A stretch of 64,000 bases of DNA, taken from the NCBI GenBank assembly GCA_034520625.1, contig JAXHNI010000004.1, positions 55,070-119,069 on the forward strand, given 5' to 3'. The position numbers were made by a program, and so were the translations under genes. The notes beneath the pieces were generated by a model. That model searched no databases. It was given only the letters and a program-made list of their open reading frames with translations, and was not told the DNA's origin. Shown here piece by piece: positions 1 to 8,603 of the stretch; the stretch's first letter is position 1, and every line of letters begins with the position of its first letter. The DNA comes from Gammaproteobacteria bacterium (lineage in GTDB: Bacteria > Pseudomonadota > Gammaproteobacteria > Arenicellales > JAANXG01).

Positions 1-1
1 G

Positions 2-199
2 GACCCGGTTCAACCCGCCGAGGTCGTCCCGCTTCTGGAGAAAGAGCCGGTCCCGGTTCCGGAGGTGCGCTCGGAAAAGGACCTGGTGGTCGACGCACTG
101 TGGCGGCACGGCTTCAACCGGACCCAGGCCGCCGCGGCCCTGGGTGTTTCGCGGAAGACCTTGTACAACAAGATCCGGAAGTTCGGCTTGTCGGGGTGA
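2..199 (+). CDS. sigma-54-dependent (NtrC/Fis-type) transcriptional activator, C-terminal fragment; 5' end lies outside the window
   Basis: Not in the ORF track because there is no start in the window. Frame 2 is open to TGA at 197-199 and reads ...EKDLVVDALWRHGFNRTQAAAALGVSRKTLYNKIRKFGLSG*. This is the typical Fis-type HTH tail of bacterial enhancer-binding proteins. Confidence 0.7.
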   Translation, partial: DPVQPAEVVPLLEKEPVPVPEVRSEKDLVVDALWRHGFNRTQAAAALGVSRKTLYNKIRKFGLSG

Positions 200-252
200 T
201 CGGGGTTGGGAGTTGGGCGATGGTTCGGTCACTATCGCCAACCCCCAAGCCC

Positions 253-942
253 CTAACCCACCACTTCCGGCCGGCACACCAGCGCGTCGAGCCCGTTCGG
301 CCACAATCCTTCGTTGTCCGCCTCGCGGGCTTCACCGAGCCCGAGCAGCAGGCCCGACCAGCCGGCGAGGCGGGCGGCCTGGGCCGCGGCCTGAGCCGCG
401 GTGCTGCGTTGGCGGAGCGACGGGAAGCCGGCGGCAAAGTCCACGACCCGCGGCATGACGATGATGGCGTCGGGCTCGACTCCGGCGGCCGCGGTTGCCC
501 CCCGGGCGTCGGCGACCACCGCCGCGGTATGAAACCCCCCGGCCTTGAATTGCCCCAGGCTGTTCAGCTCGTGGTCCAGGTCCAGCCCGACATCCGAGAG
601 CTGGCGGGAAAACTCGAGGTCCTGCTGTTCGACACTGGGCAGGTTGGCGATCCAGGTGATGCCCGAACGGTGCAGCCGCCCGTTTTCCAGGGCCACGTTG
701 AGAAACGGACCGCCCAGGAACAGACCCAGCATTACACCTTCGCAGCCCCAGGGATTCTCTACGACCTCGTCGATGAGACGGGCCGGCCCATGGCTGGTGG
801 GCAGCAGCATCGCGACCTCCTGGGGCATGCTTTCGTGGTGAAATCGTGCCCCGGCGGTCAGGATTCCGGCCGGGACGCCGGCCATGTCGTCCCGCTGGCT
901 ACGGGTGCCGGGCACGATCTTCCACCACAGTCGGTCGTTCAT
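253..942 (-). CDS. PEP-hydrolase-like TIM-barrel (COG5564-like) protein, divergent paralog of 7754-8587
   Basis: ORF 253-1011, trimmed to the internal Met (MNDRLWWKIV...). The core GITWIANLPSVEQQDLEFSRQLSDVGLDLDHELNSLGQFKAGGFHTAAVVADARGATAAAGVEPDAIIVMP parallels [70 protein letters not shown] of the 7754-8587 protein. Start codon uncertain. Confidence 0.45.
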   Translation of the reverse strand: MNDRLWWKIVPGTRSQRDDMAGVPAGILTAGARFHHESMPQEVAMLLPTSHGPARLIDEVVENPWGCEGVMLGLFLGGPFLNVALENGRLHRSGITWIANLPSVEQQDLEFSRQLSDVGLDLDHELNSLGQFKAGGFHTAAVVADARGATAAAGVEPDAIIVMPRVVDFAAGFPSLRQRSTAAQAAAQAARLAGWSGLLLGLGEAREADNEGLWPNGLDALVCRPEVVG

Positions 943-1291
943 GGCAAAGAACCTCGCAGTGCTTCTGTCGGCAAGCGGGAACGGTGAAGCGGTGCCCGGG
1001 GGCTGACGCATGAGTTGTTGAACAGAACCGAAAATTACTCAATTTTACCCATTCAGGCAATACGAAGCAGTTGCGGGGTGCCCGGCGCAAGCGTACGCTT
1101 TTTCCAAACGCCCGTCCGAGGCGGGGCCGAAAAATGGCCGTGGAAGCGGCTTTCGCCGAGGCGAACCGCGACTTACATAACAGCCGGTATCTTCGCGCTA
1201 CGCGGGATGCCAGCACGAGGAGTGGAGTGAGCACCTTGGTAACGACCCCTGTCGCGCGGGGCGCTCATCAATAGATGGGCCTGCCACCGGC

Positions 1292-2302
1292 ATGAGACAG
1301 TTCATCGAGCGCCATACCTTCTGGGCTGTGGTGATCCTGTTGCTGGCGGTCATTTTGCTGTGGCTGATCTTCGCCGTGTGGCCGGAATGGCTGGTGGAGG
1401 CGATCGGCCGCAAGAAGACCTTCGTGAACACCCTCCTGAACGGCCTGACCCTTGCCGGCCTCTACTTCCTGGTGGCCAGCGGTTTCACCCTGATTTTCGG
1501 CCTGATGCGCAACGTCAACCTGGCCCACGGGTCGATGTACCTGCTCGGCGCCTATATCGGCTACGAGGTCGCCGAGGCCAGCGGCAGCTGGTTCCTGGGC
1601 CTGTTCGTGGCGTTCGTGGCCGTGGCCTTCAGCGGGATACTGCTGCAGGTGCTGGTGTTCCGGCGCATGGAGGGCGACAACCTTCGCCAGACTCTGGTGA
1701 CCATCGCCATCTCCATCATCGCCGCGGACCTCATGCTGTGGATCTGGACCGGTACCACCTACCAGTTCGCGCCTCCGGAATGGTTGTTCGGTGCCGCCCA
1801 GCTGCCCGTGGTCTCGGTGATCAGGTCCTCCGGGGACCCGGTCTACATCATGTATCCCGTTTATCGCCTCGCGGTGCTCGCCGTCGCGGTGGCGGTGGGG
1901 ATCGCCCTGTGGTTGTTCCTCAACCGCACGCGGATCGGGATGATGATCCGCGCCGGCGTCAATGACCGGGATATGCTTTCCGCGTCCGGTGTAAACGTTC
2001 AGCTGGTGTTTGCACTGGTGTTCGCCATCGGCGCCGGCCTGGCCGGGTTTGCCGGTGTGATCGGCGGCACCGCGCTGTCCATCGCCCCCGGCGAGGATAT
2101 CCGCTACCTGCTCGCCTCGCTGGTGGTGGTAATCGTCGGCGGCCTGGGCTCGGTGCCCGGCGCGGCCATCGGCGCGCTGCTGATCGGTCTCGCCGAGCAG
2201 TTCGGGCTGGCGTACTTTCCCACCTACGGCGTGGTGCTGACCTTCCTGATCATGGTGGTGGTGCTCGCGGTGCGCCCCCAGGGCATCATGGGGCAGCGGT
2301 AG
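1292..2302 (+). CDS. branched-chain-amino-acid-type ABC transporter permease (LivH-like)
   Basis: 336 aa, polytopic and hydrophobic. N-terminal LNGLTLAGLYFLVASGFTLIFGLMRNVNLAHGSMYLLGAYIG is typical of the LivH family. First gene of a 5-gene co-directional block with tiny gaps. Confidence 0.9.
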   Translation: MRQFIERHTFWAVVILLLAVILLWLIFAVWPEWLVEAIGRKKTFVNTLLNGLTLAGLYFLVASGFTLIFGLMRNVNLAHGSMYLLGAYIGYEVAEASGSWFLGLFVAFVAVAFSGILLQVLVFRRMEGDNLRQTLVTIAISIIAADLMLWIWTGTTYQFAPPEWLFGAAQLPVVSVIRSSGDPVYIMYPVYRLAVLAVAVAVGIALWLFLNRTRIGMMIRAGVNDRDMLSASGVNVQLVFALVFAIGAGLAGFAGVIGGTALSIAPGEDIRYLLASLVVVIVGGLGSVPGAAIGALLIGLAEQFGLAYFPTYGVVLTFLIMVVVLAVRPQGIMGQR

Positions 2303-2305
2303 ACG

Positions 2306-3376
2306 ATGGATTCGCGAAGCCTGTTCTCCGGCGATTCCGTGCTGTCCCGGGTGCACCCCGCCGCGGTGGTGGCGGCAGTTTTCCTGATTGCCTTCCCGGC
2401 ATTCAGCTCTGATTTCTTCACCTACCAGATCGGCGCCTATTCGCTGCTGCTCGGCCTCGTGGCCCTGTCGTTGATGATGCTGGCGGGCTACGGCGGCATG
2501 GTGAGCCTCGCCCAGATGACGGTGGCGGGCCTGGCAGGCTACCTGGTGGCGATCCTCGGCCACAACAGCGTCGAGGTCATGGGGCTCGGCTGGCCGTGGT
2601 GGTTGACGGCCATCACCGCGATTTTTTGCGCAGCGCTGTTCAGCGCGTTCATCGGCGCGGTATCGGTCCGGACCGAAGGGATCTATATCATCATGATCAC
2701 CCTGGCCATCGCCGTGGCGTTCTTCTTCTTTGTCCGCCAGAACTATGCGCTGTTCAACGGCTTCACCGGCTATGCGGGGGTGGAGCCGCCGACCCTGTTC
2801 GGGATCTACTGGCGCGACCCGGTTCCCTTCTACTACCTCACGCTGGCGGTGGCGGCGGGTTTCCTGTGGGCGGTTTTCTATGCCTCGCGCTCGACCTTCG
2901 GCCTCACCCTGCAGGCGATCCGGGACAACCCGCGGCGCATGCGGGCGCTGGGGTTCAACGTCGCGTTTCACCGGATCTTCGCGTATTTCCTGTCCGGCCT
3001 GATCGCGGGCACCGCCGGTGTGCTGCTGGTGTGGTTCAACGGCCGGATCTCCCCCGGCTCGGTGAGCGTGGATGTGGTCATCGATATCCTGGTGATTGCC
3101 GTGATCGGCGGGCTACGGCACCCGATCGGCCCGTTCCTGGGCGCGATCCTCTTCGTCCTGCTGGAGAATTTCGCCATCGACCTCATTGACCGCGAGCGCT
3201 TCAACACGGTGATCGGTCTGGCATTCCTGCTGATCGTCCTGTTCTCGCCGGACGGGCTGCTGGGACTGTGGGAGCGGTTTCGCGCCCGGTTCAGCACTGA
3301 CAGAAAAGCGCGGTACACGAGTGACCGTGCTGAACAGATCGACGCGCATCCATCCGGATCCGTCGAAAACACGTAA
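2306..3376 (+). CDS. branched-chain-amino-acid-type ABC transporter permease (LivM-like)
   Basis: 356 aa polytopic membrane protein starting 4 nt after the LivH-like stop. LSLMMLAGYGGMVSLAQMTVAGLAGY and the later RDNPRRMRALGFNV are LivM-like motifs. Confidence 0.9.
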   Translation: MDSRSLFSGDSVLSRVHPAAVVAAVFLIAFPAFSSDFFTYQIGAYSLLLGLVALSLMMLAGYGGMVSLAQMTVAGLAGYLVAILGHNSVEVMGLGWPWWLTAITAIFCAALFSAFIGAVSVRTEGIYIIMITLAIAVAFFFFVRQNYALFNGFTGYAGVEPPTLFGIYWRDPVPFYYLTLAVAAGFLWAVFYASRSTFGLTLQAIRDNPRRMRALGFNVAFHRIFAYFLSGLIAGTAGVLLVWFNGRISPGSVSVDVVIDILVIAVIGGLRHPIGPFLGAILFVLLENFAIDLIDRERFNTVIGLAFLLIVLFSPDGLLGLWERFRARFSTDRKARYTSDRAEQIDAHPSGSVENT

Positions 3377-3399
3377 ACAAACCCTGCGGAGGAATTGAA

Positions 3400-4653
3400 A
3401 TGATTGGAATTGGCAGAAAAACCGTTGTGGCGGCGGCGATGACGCTGTCGCTTGGCGGCACAGCCGTCGCTCAAGACGACACTATCAAGATGGGTGGACT
3501 CGCGACCCTGGAGGGCGCTTTCACCGTGATGGGCGAGGACGGCATGCGCGGTGTACAGATGGCTCTTGAAGAGTTTGGCCACGAGGCCGGGGGCAAGAAG
3601 ATCGAGCTGATCACCGGCTCCTCGGATGCCTCGCCGGACAGCGCCGTGCGCGCCGCCCGCAAGCTCGTGGAGCAGGACGAAGTCCAGATCCTGGTGGGTC
3701 CGCTGTCGGGCTCGGAAGGCCTGGCCGTGAAGGACTACGCGAAAACCCAGCCGGACGTAACCTTCCTGAACGGTTCATCCGCCGCCCAGGACACCACGCT
3801 GCGCAACCCGGCGGAGAATTTCTTCCGGTTCAACACCGAAGGCGCGCAGTGGATGGCCGGTCTCGGGGAATACGCCTACAACGAGAAAGGATACCGCAAG
3901 GTCGCGGTCCTGGCCGAAGACTATTCGTTCCCCTACACCCAGGTATTCGGGTTTCTCGAACCGTTCTGCCGCCTCGGCGGTGAAGCTCCGATCGATGCGC
4001 GCTTCTGGGTGCCCATCGGCAACAAGGACTACTCGTCGGTGATCGCATCGCTGCCGGATGACGTCGATGCCATCTACGTGGCTCTCGGTGGCGCCGACGC
4101 GGTCAACTTCCTGACCCAGTACGAGCAGGCCGGCGGCCAGCTGCCGCTCATTGCCGGCTCCATCACCGTGGACCAGACGGTGCTGGGCTCCGAGGGCCGT
4201 ACCCGCGAGTTCGTCATCGGCACGCCTTCCGCCGGACCGATCTCCGATACCTGGGACGACCCGCGCTGGAACGAGTTCGTCCAGCGCTACCGGGAGCAGT
4301 TCCCGGACGGCTTCGGTTCCCCGTCGCTGTTCGCCCACGCCTACTACGTCAATACCAAGGCGGCACTGTTGGGACTCGAGGAAGTCGACGGCGACCTGTC
4401 CGACGGCGGCAAGAAGTACCGGGAAGCCCTGGCCGCACTGGAGTTCGAAACACCCACCGGCATGGTCAGTCTCGACGAGCGGCGCCAGGCGATCGCCGAT
4501 ATTTTCCTGACGGAGGTGATTGAAGGCCCCGAGGGCGGCCTGGTCAACAAGACCGTGGGTGTCACCAAGCAGGTCAGCCAGACCCTGGGTCTGCCGTACG
4601 AGGAGTTCCTCGAGTACGGGCAGGTCGGGCGCGAAAACCCGAGCTGCGAATAA
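3400..4653 (+). CDS. periplasmic substrate-binding protein (Leu/Ile/Val-binding-protein fold, type I PBP)
   Basis: GGAGGA RBS. Sec signal MIGIGRKTVVAAAMTLSLGGTAVAQDD, then IKMGGLATLEGAFTVMGEDGMRGVQMALEE... typical of the Peripla_BP_6 family. Sits inside the ABC operon. Confidence 0.85.
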   Translation: MIGIGRKTVVAAAMTLSLGGTAVAQDDTIKMGGLATLEGAFTVMGEDGMRGVQMALEEFGHEAGGKKIELITGSSDASPDSAVRAARKLVEQDEVQILVGPLSGSEGLAVKDYAKTQPDVTFLNGSSAAQDTTLRNPAENFFRFNTEGAQWMAGLGEYAYNEKGYRKVAVLAEDYSFPYTQVFGFLEPFCRLGGEAPIDARFWVPIGNKDYSSVIASLPDDVDAIYVALGGADAVNFLTQYEQAGGQLPLIAGSITVDQTVLGSEGRTREFVIGTPSAGPISDTWDDPRWNEFVQRYREQFPDGFGSPSLFAHAYYVNTKAALLGLEEVDGDLSDGGKKYREALAALEFETPTGMVSLDERRQAIADIFLTEVIEGPEGGLVNKTVGVTKQVSQTLGLPYEEFLEYGQVGRENPSCE

Positions 4654-4682
4654 ACCCGGGCGAGTACTAAGAGGTCCCTGCG

Positions 4683-5498
4683 ATGTCCGTGCCCGGAACC
4701 GACGCCCTTTCCCGCCTGCAGAGCGCCGGCCGCTATGCGCTGGAGCTCGAGGCCGTCAGCCGCCATTTCGGCGCGCTGGTGGCCCTGGCGGATATCAACC
4801 TGACCGTCAGGGCGGGGGAGCGGCGCGCGGTTTTGGGCTCGAACGGAGCGGGCAAGACCACGTTGTTCAACGCCATTACCGGAGACTTCCCTCCCACGAC
4901 CGGCCGCGTGCGGCTGTTCGGGGAGGACGTGACGGACCTGCCCGTACACGAGCGGGTCCGTCGCGGTCTTCGCCGGACTTACCAGATTTCCCTTTTGTTC
5001 CACGGCCTTACGGTCATTGACAATATTTACCTCGCCTGCCGGGGCATCAATCGGCGGCGCTATTCCCTGCGCCGACCGTCCCGGGACGACACCACCATGG
5101 AAGCGGCCGAGACGCTGATCGAGGCTGTTCATTTGCACGCGCTGCGGGACGCGCCGGTGTCGACCCTCAGCTACGGCCAACAGCGCCAGCTGGAAGTCGC
5201 CCTGGCGCTGGCGGGCGCACCGCGCCTGATCCTGTTCGACGAGCCCGCGGCGGGGCTGTCCCAGACGGAACGGGCCGAGCTCGTCGAAATCCTGCAGTCC
5301 CTGCCGGAGCACATCGGCTTTATCATCATCGAGCACGACATGGACGTGGCGCTGCGGGTGGCGGAGAGCGTCACCATGATGCACAACGGGCGGGTCTTCA
5401 AAGAGGGCACGCCCGCGGAAATCGAGAGCGACCCGGAAGTCCAGGAGCTCTACCTCGGCCAGGGCAATGTCGAACGTGGAGACCAGGCGCGTGCGTGA
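4683..5498 (+). CDS. ABC transporter ATP-binding protein (LivG-like)
   Basis: Walker A GSNGAGKTTLFN, signature LSYGQQRQLEVA, Walker B LILFDEPAAGL, and the LivG-type C-terminal extension ...PEVQELYLG. Confidence 0.9.
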   Translation: MSVPGTDALSRLQSAGRYALELEAVSRHFGALVALADINLTVRAGERRAVLGSNGAGKTTLFNAITGDFPPTTGRVRLFGEDVTDLPVHERVRRGLRRTYQISLLFHGLTVIDNIYLACRGINRRRYSLRRPSRDDTTMEAAETLIEAVHLHALRDAPVSTLSYGQQRQLEVALALAGAPRLILFDEPAAGLSQTERAELVEILQSLPEHIGFIIIEHDMDVALRVAESVTMMHNGRVFKEGTPAEIESDPEVQELYLGQGNVERGDQARA

Positions 5499-7767
5499 CC
5501 GGGCCCGCAATCAACGTCGTTCCGCCGCGTCGGCGGTGCTGCAGATCCGGGACCTGCATGTCCATTACGGCCAGTCCCACGCCCTGCAGGGCGTGGACCT
5601 GACCCTGGAGCAGGGGGTACACGCCGTGGTGGGCCGCAACGGCATGGGCAAGACCACGCTGTGCAACGCCATCATGGGCCTCCTGCCGGTCAGCCGGGGA
5701 TCCGTGCGCTTCCAGGGCGAGGACATTACGGGACTGCCGCCCTACAAGGTGGCCTCGCGCGGCATCGGCTACACGCCCCAGGGGCGCCGCTTGTGGCCAT
5801 CGCTGACCGTGGACGAGCACCTGCGGCTCACCGACAGCGGCGGCGCCTGGTCCCTCGACCGGATCTACAGCACCTTCCCGCGCCTTGCGGACCGCCGGCA
5901 GAACAGCGGCGGACAGTTGTCGGGCGGTGAGCAGCAGATGCTGGCGATCTCGCGGGCGCTGCTGCAGGACCCCGAGCTGCTGATCCTGGACGAGCCCACC
6001 GAGGGCCTGGCCCCGGTAATCGTCGACCAGGTGGAGAAGCTGCTGGCGGAGCTCGCCGCCGACGGCGAGGTGTCGATCCTGTTGATCGAGCAGAACATCG
6101 CAGTGGCCACCGCCATCTCCGACGACATCGCTATCATGGTCAACGGCCGGATCAGCCGCGTCATGCCCGCCCGGGAACTGGCCGCGGACCGCACCCTGCA
6201 GGAGCGGCTGTTGGGAGTCGGCCGGCATTCCCACGAGGATCTGGAGGACACGGCGCCCGCGCCAGCACCCGCCGCAAGCGCGGCGTCGGAATCCGATGAA
6301 TCAGCGCCGGAGGCGCAAGAGGGCAGCGCGCCATCATCCGACACGCGGTTCGCCACCAGTGTCGTCTATGTGCCGCCCACCCGATGGTCCAGTGCCGCCT
6401 GGCAGGAAAGTGGTCCCGGCGGCGAGGCGCTGCCCAAGCCGTCCGCCGCCGAGCCGCCTTCCCGGCCCTTCGATGCCCGGCCCGAGCCGCTTTTCAAGGA
6501 GCCCATGCAAGCCCTGCGAACGTCCGACGAGGATTTCGTGTATGTCGTGGGCACGTTCGACACCAAGGGGTCCGAGCTGGCCTATGTCCGGGACCGGGTG
6601 GCCGGGCACGGCCTGCGGGTGCGAACCGTGGACCTGTCCACATCCGGCAAGCCGTCGTCGGCGGATATTCCGCCCCACGTGGTGGCCGCTTATCATCGCG
6701 GCGGCTCCAGCACGGTGTTCACCGGCGAGCGCGGCGCATCGGTGCGCGCCATGGGCGAGGCGTTCGAGAACTGGATCCGGCACCAGGGCGGCGTCGCCGG
6801 TATCATTTCCGCCGCCGGATCCGGCGGTACGGCCCTGGCCACCCCCGCCATGCGCGCCCTCCCGGTGGGGGTGCCCAAGGTGATGATCTCCACCGTGGCC
6901 TCCGGCGACGTCGCCCGGTATGTCGGCTCCTCGGACATCATGATGATGTACTCGGTGACCGACGTGCAGGGGCTGAACCGGATTTCCCGACAGGTGCTCG
7001 CCAACGGCGCCAATGCCCTGGCCGGCATGGTGATGGACGCGCGCAAGGCCGCGCGGGAAGTCCGCGGCGGCGGCGACAAGCCGGGCCTGGCCCTGACCAT
7101 GTTCGGAGTGACCACCACGGCGGTGCAGCAGATTGTCTCCCGGCTCGAGGACCGCTACGACTGCATGGTGTTTCACGCCACCGGCACCGGTGGACGCTCC
7201 ATGGAGAAGCTGGCGGACAGCGGCTTGTTGACGGCGGCGGTGGACCTCACCACCACGGAGATCTGCGACATGATGATGGGCGGCGTGTTCGCCGCCGACG
7301 AGGATCGCTTCGGCGCCTTCAGCCGCACGCGTATTCCCTGGGTCGGCTCGGTGGGCGCCCTGGACATGGTGAACTTCGGCGCGCCGGATACCGTGCCCGA
7401 ACGCTACCGCGGCCGGACTTTCGTCGAGCACAACCCCCAGGTCACGCTCATGCGCACCACGGCTGAAGAAAACCGGCGCATGGGCGAGTGGATCGCCGAC
7501 CGCATCAATCTGATGACCGGTCCGGTGCGCTTCCTGATTCCCGAAGGCGGGGTATCTGCGCTGGACGCGCCGGGCCAGCCCTTCCACGATCCCGAGGCGG
7601 ACCGCGCGCTGTTCGACGCCATCGCCGGGCGCTTCCAGGAGACCGCCTCCCGGAGGCTGGTTCGCACCCCCCACCACGTCAACGACCCGGCCTTTGCCCA
7701 GGCCGTGGTGGACGCACTGGAGGAAATCAATCCCATGCACAGGAGCATCAGAAATGCCACGATTTGA
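5467..7767 (+). CDS. fusion protein: LivF-like ABC ATPase + low-complexity linker + UPF0261 (Tm-1-like ATP-binding) domain
   Basis: Single 766-aa ORF with no stop. The N-terminal domain has Walker [13 protein letters not shown], signature [11 protein letters not shown] and Walker [13 protein letters not shown] linker rich in A/P/S/E follows (...[31 protein letters not shown]...). The C-terminal domain begins [22 protein letters not shown]... and continues with ...[33 protein letters not shown]..., which I recognise as UPF0261. The start could instead be the GTG near 5536. Confidence 0.8.
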   Translation: MSNVETRRVRDRARNQRRSAASAVLQIRDLHVHYGQSHALQGVDLTLEQGVHAVVGRNGMGKTTLCNAIMGLLPVSRGSVRFQGEDITGLPPYKVASRGIGYTPQGRRLWPSLTVDEHLRLTDSGGAWSLDRIYSTFPRLADRRQNSGGQLSGGEQQMLAISRALLQDPELLILDEPTEGLAPVIVDQVEKLLAELAADGEVSILLIEQNIAVATAISDDIAIMVNGRISRVMPARELAADRTLQERLLGVGRHSHEDLEDTAPAPAPAASAASESDESAPEAQEGSAPSSDTRFATSVVYVPPTRWSSAAWQESGPGGEALPKPSAAEPPSRPFDARPEPLFKEPMQALRTSDEDFVYVVGTFDTKGSELAYVRDRVAGHGLRVRTVDLSTSGKPSSADIPPHVVAAYHRGGSSTVFTGERGASVRAMGEAFENWIRHQGGVAGIISAAGSGGTALATPAMRALPVGVPKVMISTVASGDVARYVGSSDIMMMYSVTDVQGLNRISRQVLANGANALAGMVMDARKAAREVRGGGDKPGLALTMFGVTTTAVQQIVSRLEDRYDCMVFHATGTGGRSMEKLADSGLLTAAVDLTTTEICDMMMGGVFAADEDRFGAFSRTRIPWVGSVGALDMVNFGAPDTVPERYRGRTFVEHNPQVTLMRTTAEENRRMGEWIADRINLMTGPVRFLIPEGGVSALDAPGQPFHDPEADRALFDAIAGRFQETASRRLVRTPHHVNDPAFAQAVVDALEEINPMHRSIRNATI

Positions 7768-8587
7768 GCGGGCAGCATTGCTCGAGAAATTCAACGACCT
7801 CAGGCGCCGGGGCATTCCCATCGTGGGCGGCGGCGCGGGCACCGGGCTGTCGGCCAAATGCGAGGAGGCGGGGGGCATCGACCTGATCGTCATCTACAAT
7901 TCCGGCCGCTATCGCATGGCGGGCCGCGGCTCGCTGTCGGGCCTCATGCCCTACGGCAACGCCAACGATGTGGTCATGGAGATGGCGCATGAGGTGCTGC
8001 CCGTGGTGTCGAAGACGCCGGTGCTGGCGGGGGTCAACGGGACCGACCCGTTCTGCATCTTCGACCACTACCTGGACCAGGTGAAAGCCATCGGCTTCTC
8101 CGGCGTGCAGAACTTCCCGACGGTGGGGCTCATCGACGGCAACTTCCGCGCCAACCTGGAGGAGACCGGCATGGGCTACGGCCTGGAGGTGGACATGATC
8201 CGCCTGGCCCGCGAGAAAGGCCTGCTCACCACGCCCTACGTGTTCTGCGAGGACGACGCGAAGGCCATGGCATCGGCCGGGGCGGACATCGTGGTCTGCC
8301 ACCTGGGACTGACCACCGGCGGCTCCATCGGCGCCGAGACCGCCCTGACCCTGGAGGAATGCCCGGCGCTGGTGAACGCCTGGGCCGAGGCCGCCCTGCG
8401 GGTGAACCCGGATATCCTGGTGCTGGCGCACGGTGGCCCGGTGGCCATGCCCGAGGACGCGCGCTACGTACTGGACAACACCGACAACTGCCACGGATTC
8501 TACGGCGCCTCGTCCATGGAGCGGCTGCCGACGGAAACCGCATTAACCGAACAGACCAGGGCCTTCAAGGCTCTTGGCACAGCCTGA
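7754..8587 (+). CDS. PEP-hydrolase-like TIM-barrel protein (usual partner of UPF0261)
   Basis: ORF 7694-8587, trimmed to [71 protein letters not shown]..., which matches the phosphoenolpyruvate-hydrolase-like family. Overlaps the upstream gene by 14 nt. Confidence 0.85.
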   Translation: MPRFERAALLEKFNDLRRRGIPIVGGGAGTGLSAKCEEAGGIDLIVIYNSGRYRMAGRGSLSGLMPYGNANDVVMEMAHEVLPVVSKTPVLAGVNGTDPFCIFDHYLDQVKAIGFSGVQNFPTVGLIDGNFRANLEETGMGYGLEVDMIRLAREKGLLTTPYVFCEDDAKAMASAGADIVVCHLGLTTGGSIGAETALTLEECPALVNAWAEAALRVNPDILVLAHGGPVAMPEDARYVLDNTDNCHGFYGASSMERLPTETALTEQTRAFKALGTA

Positions 8588-8603
8588 ACAGGAGGATGAA
8601 AGC

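Noticed and set aside
943-1291. Sigma-54 (-24 GG / -12 GC) promoter upstream of the ABC operon or of the 253-942 gene, expected because of the neighbouring enhancer-binding protein.
   Set aside because: I scanned both strands by eye for TGGCAC-N5-TTGC-like spacing. I found only off-spacing partial matches, for example TGGAAGCGGCTTTCGC. A matrix scan would be needed, so no promoter is reported.
1268-2971. 567-aa minus-strand ORF antisense to the LivH/LivM-like permease genes. Similar giant antisense ORFs include 6334-7893, 11086-12759, 14436-15845, 37241-38815, 40481-41761 and 57683-59968.
   Set aside because: Their composition is dominated by Arg, Gly, His, Asp, Pro and Gln, with no hydrophobic cores or recognisable motifs. 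Each lies opposite a gene with strong family signatures. These are typical stop-codon-poor shadow frames of GC-rich DNA.
6505-7767. Treating the UPF0261 domain as a separate gene starting at ATG 6505 ([16 protein letters not shown]...).
   Set aside because: There is no stop codon between the LivF-like domain and this ATG in the given sequence, so the fusion is what the DNA encodes. An additional internal start cannot be excluded and is flagged in the finding.
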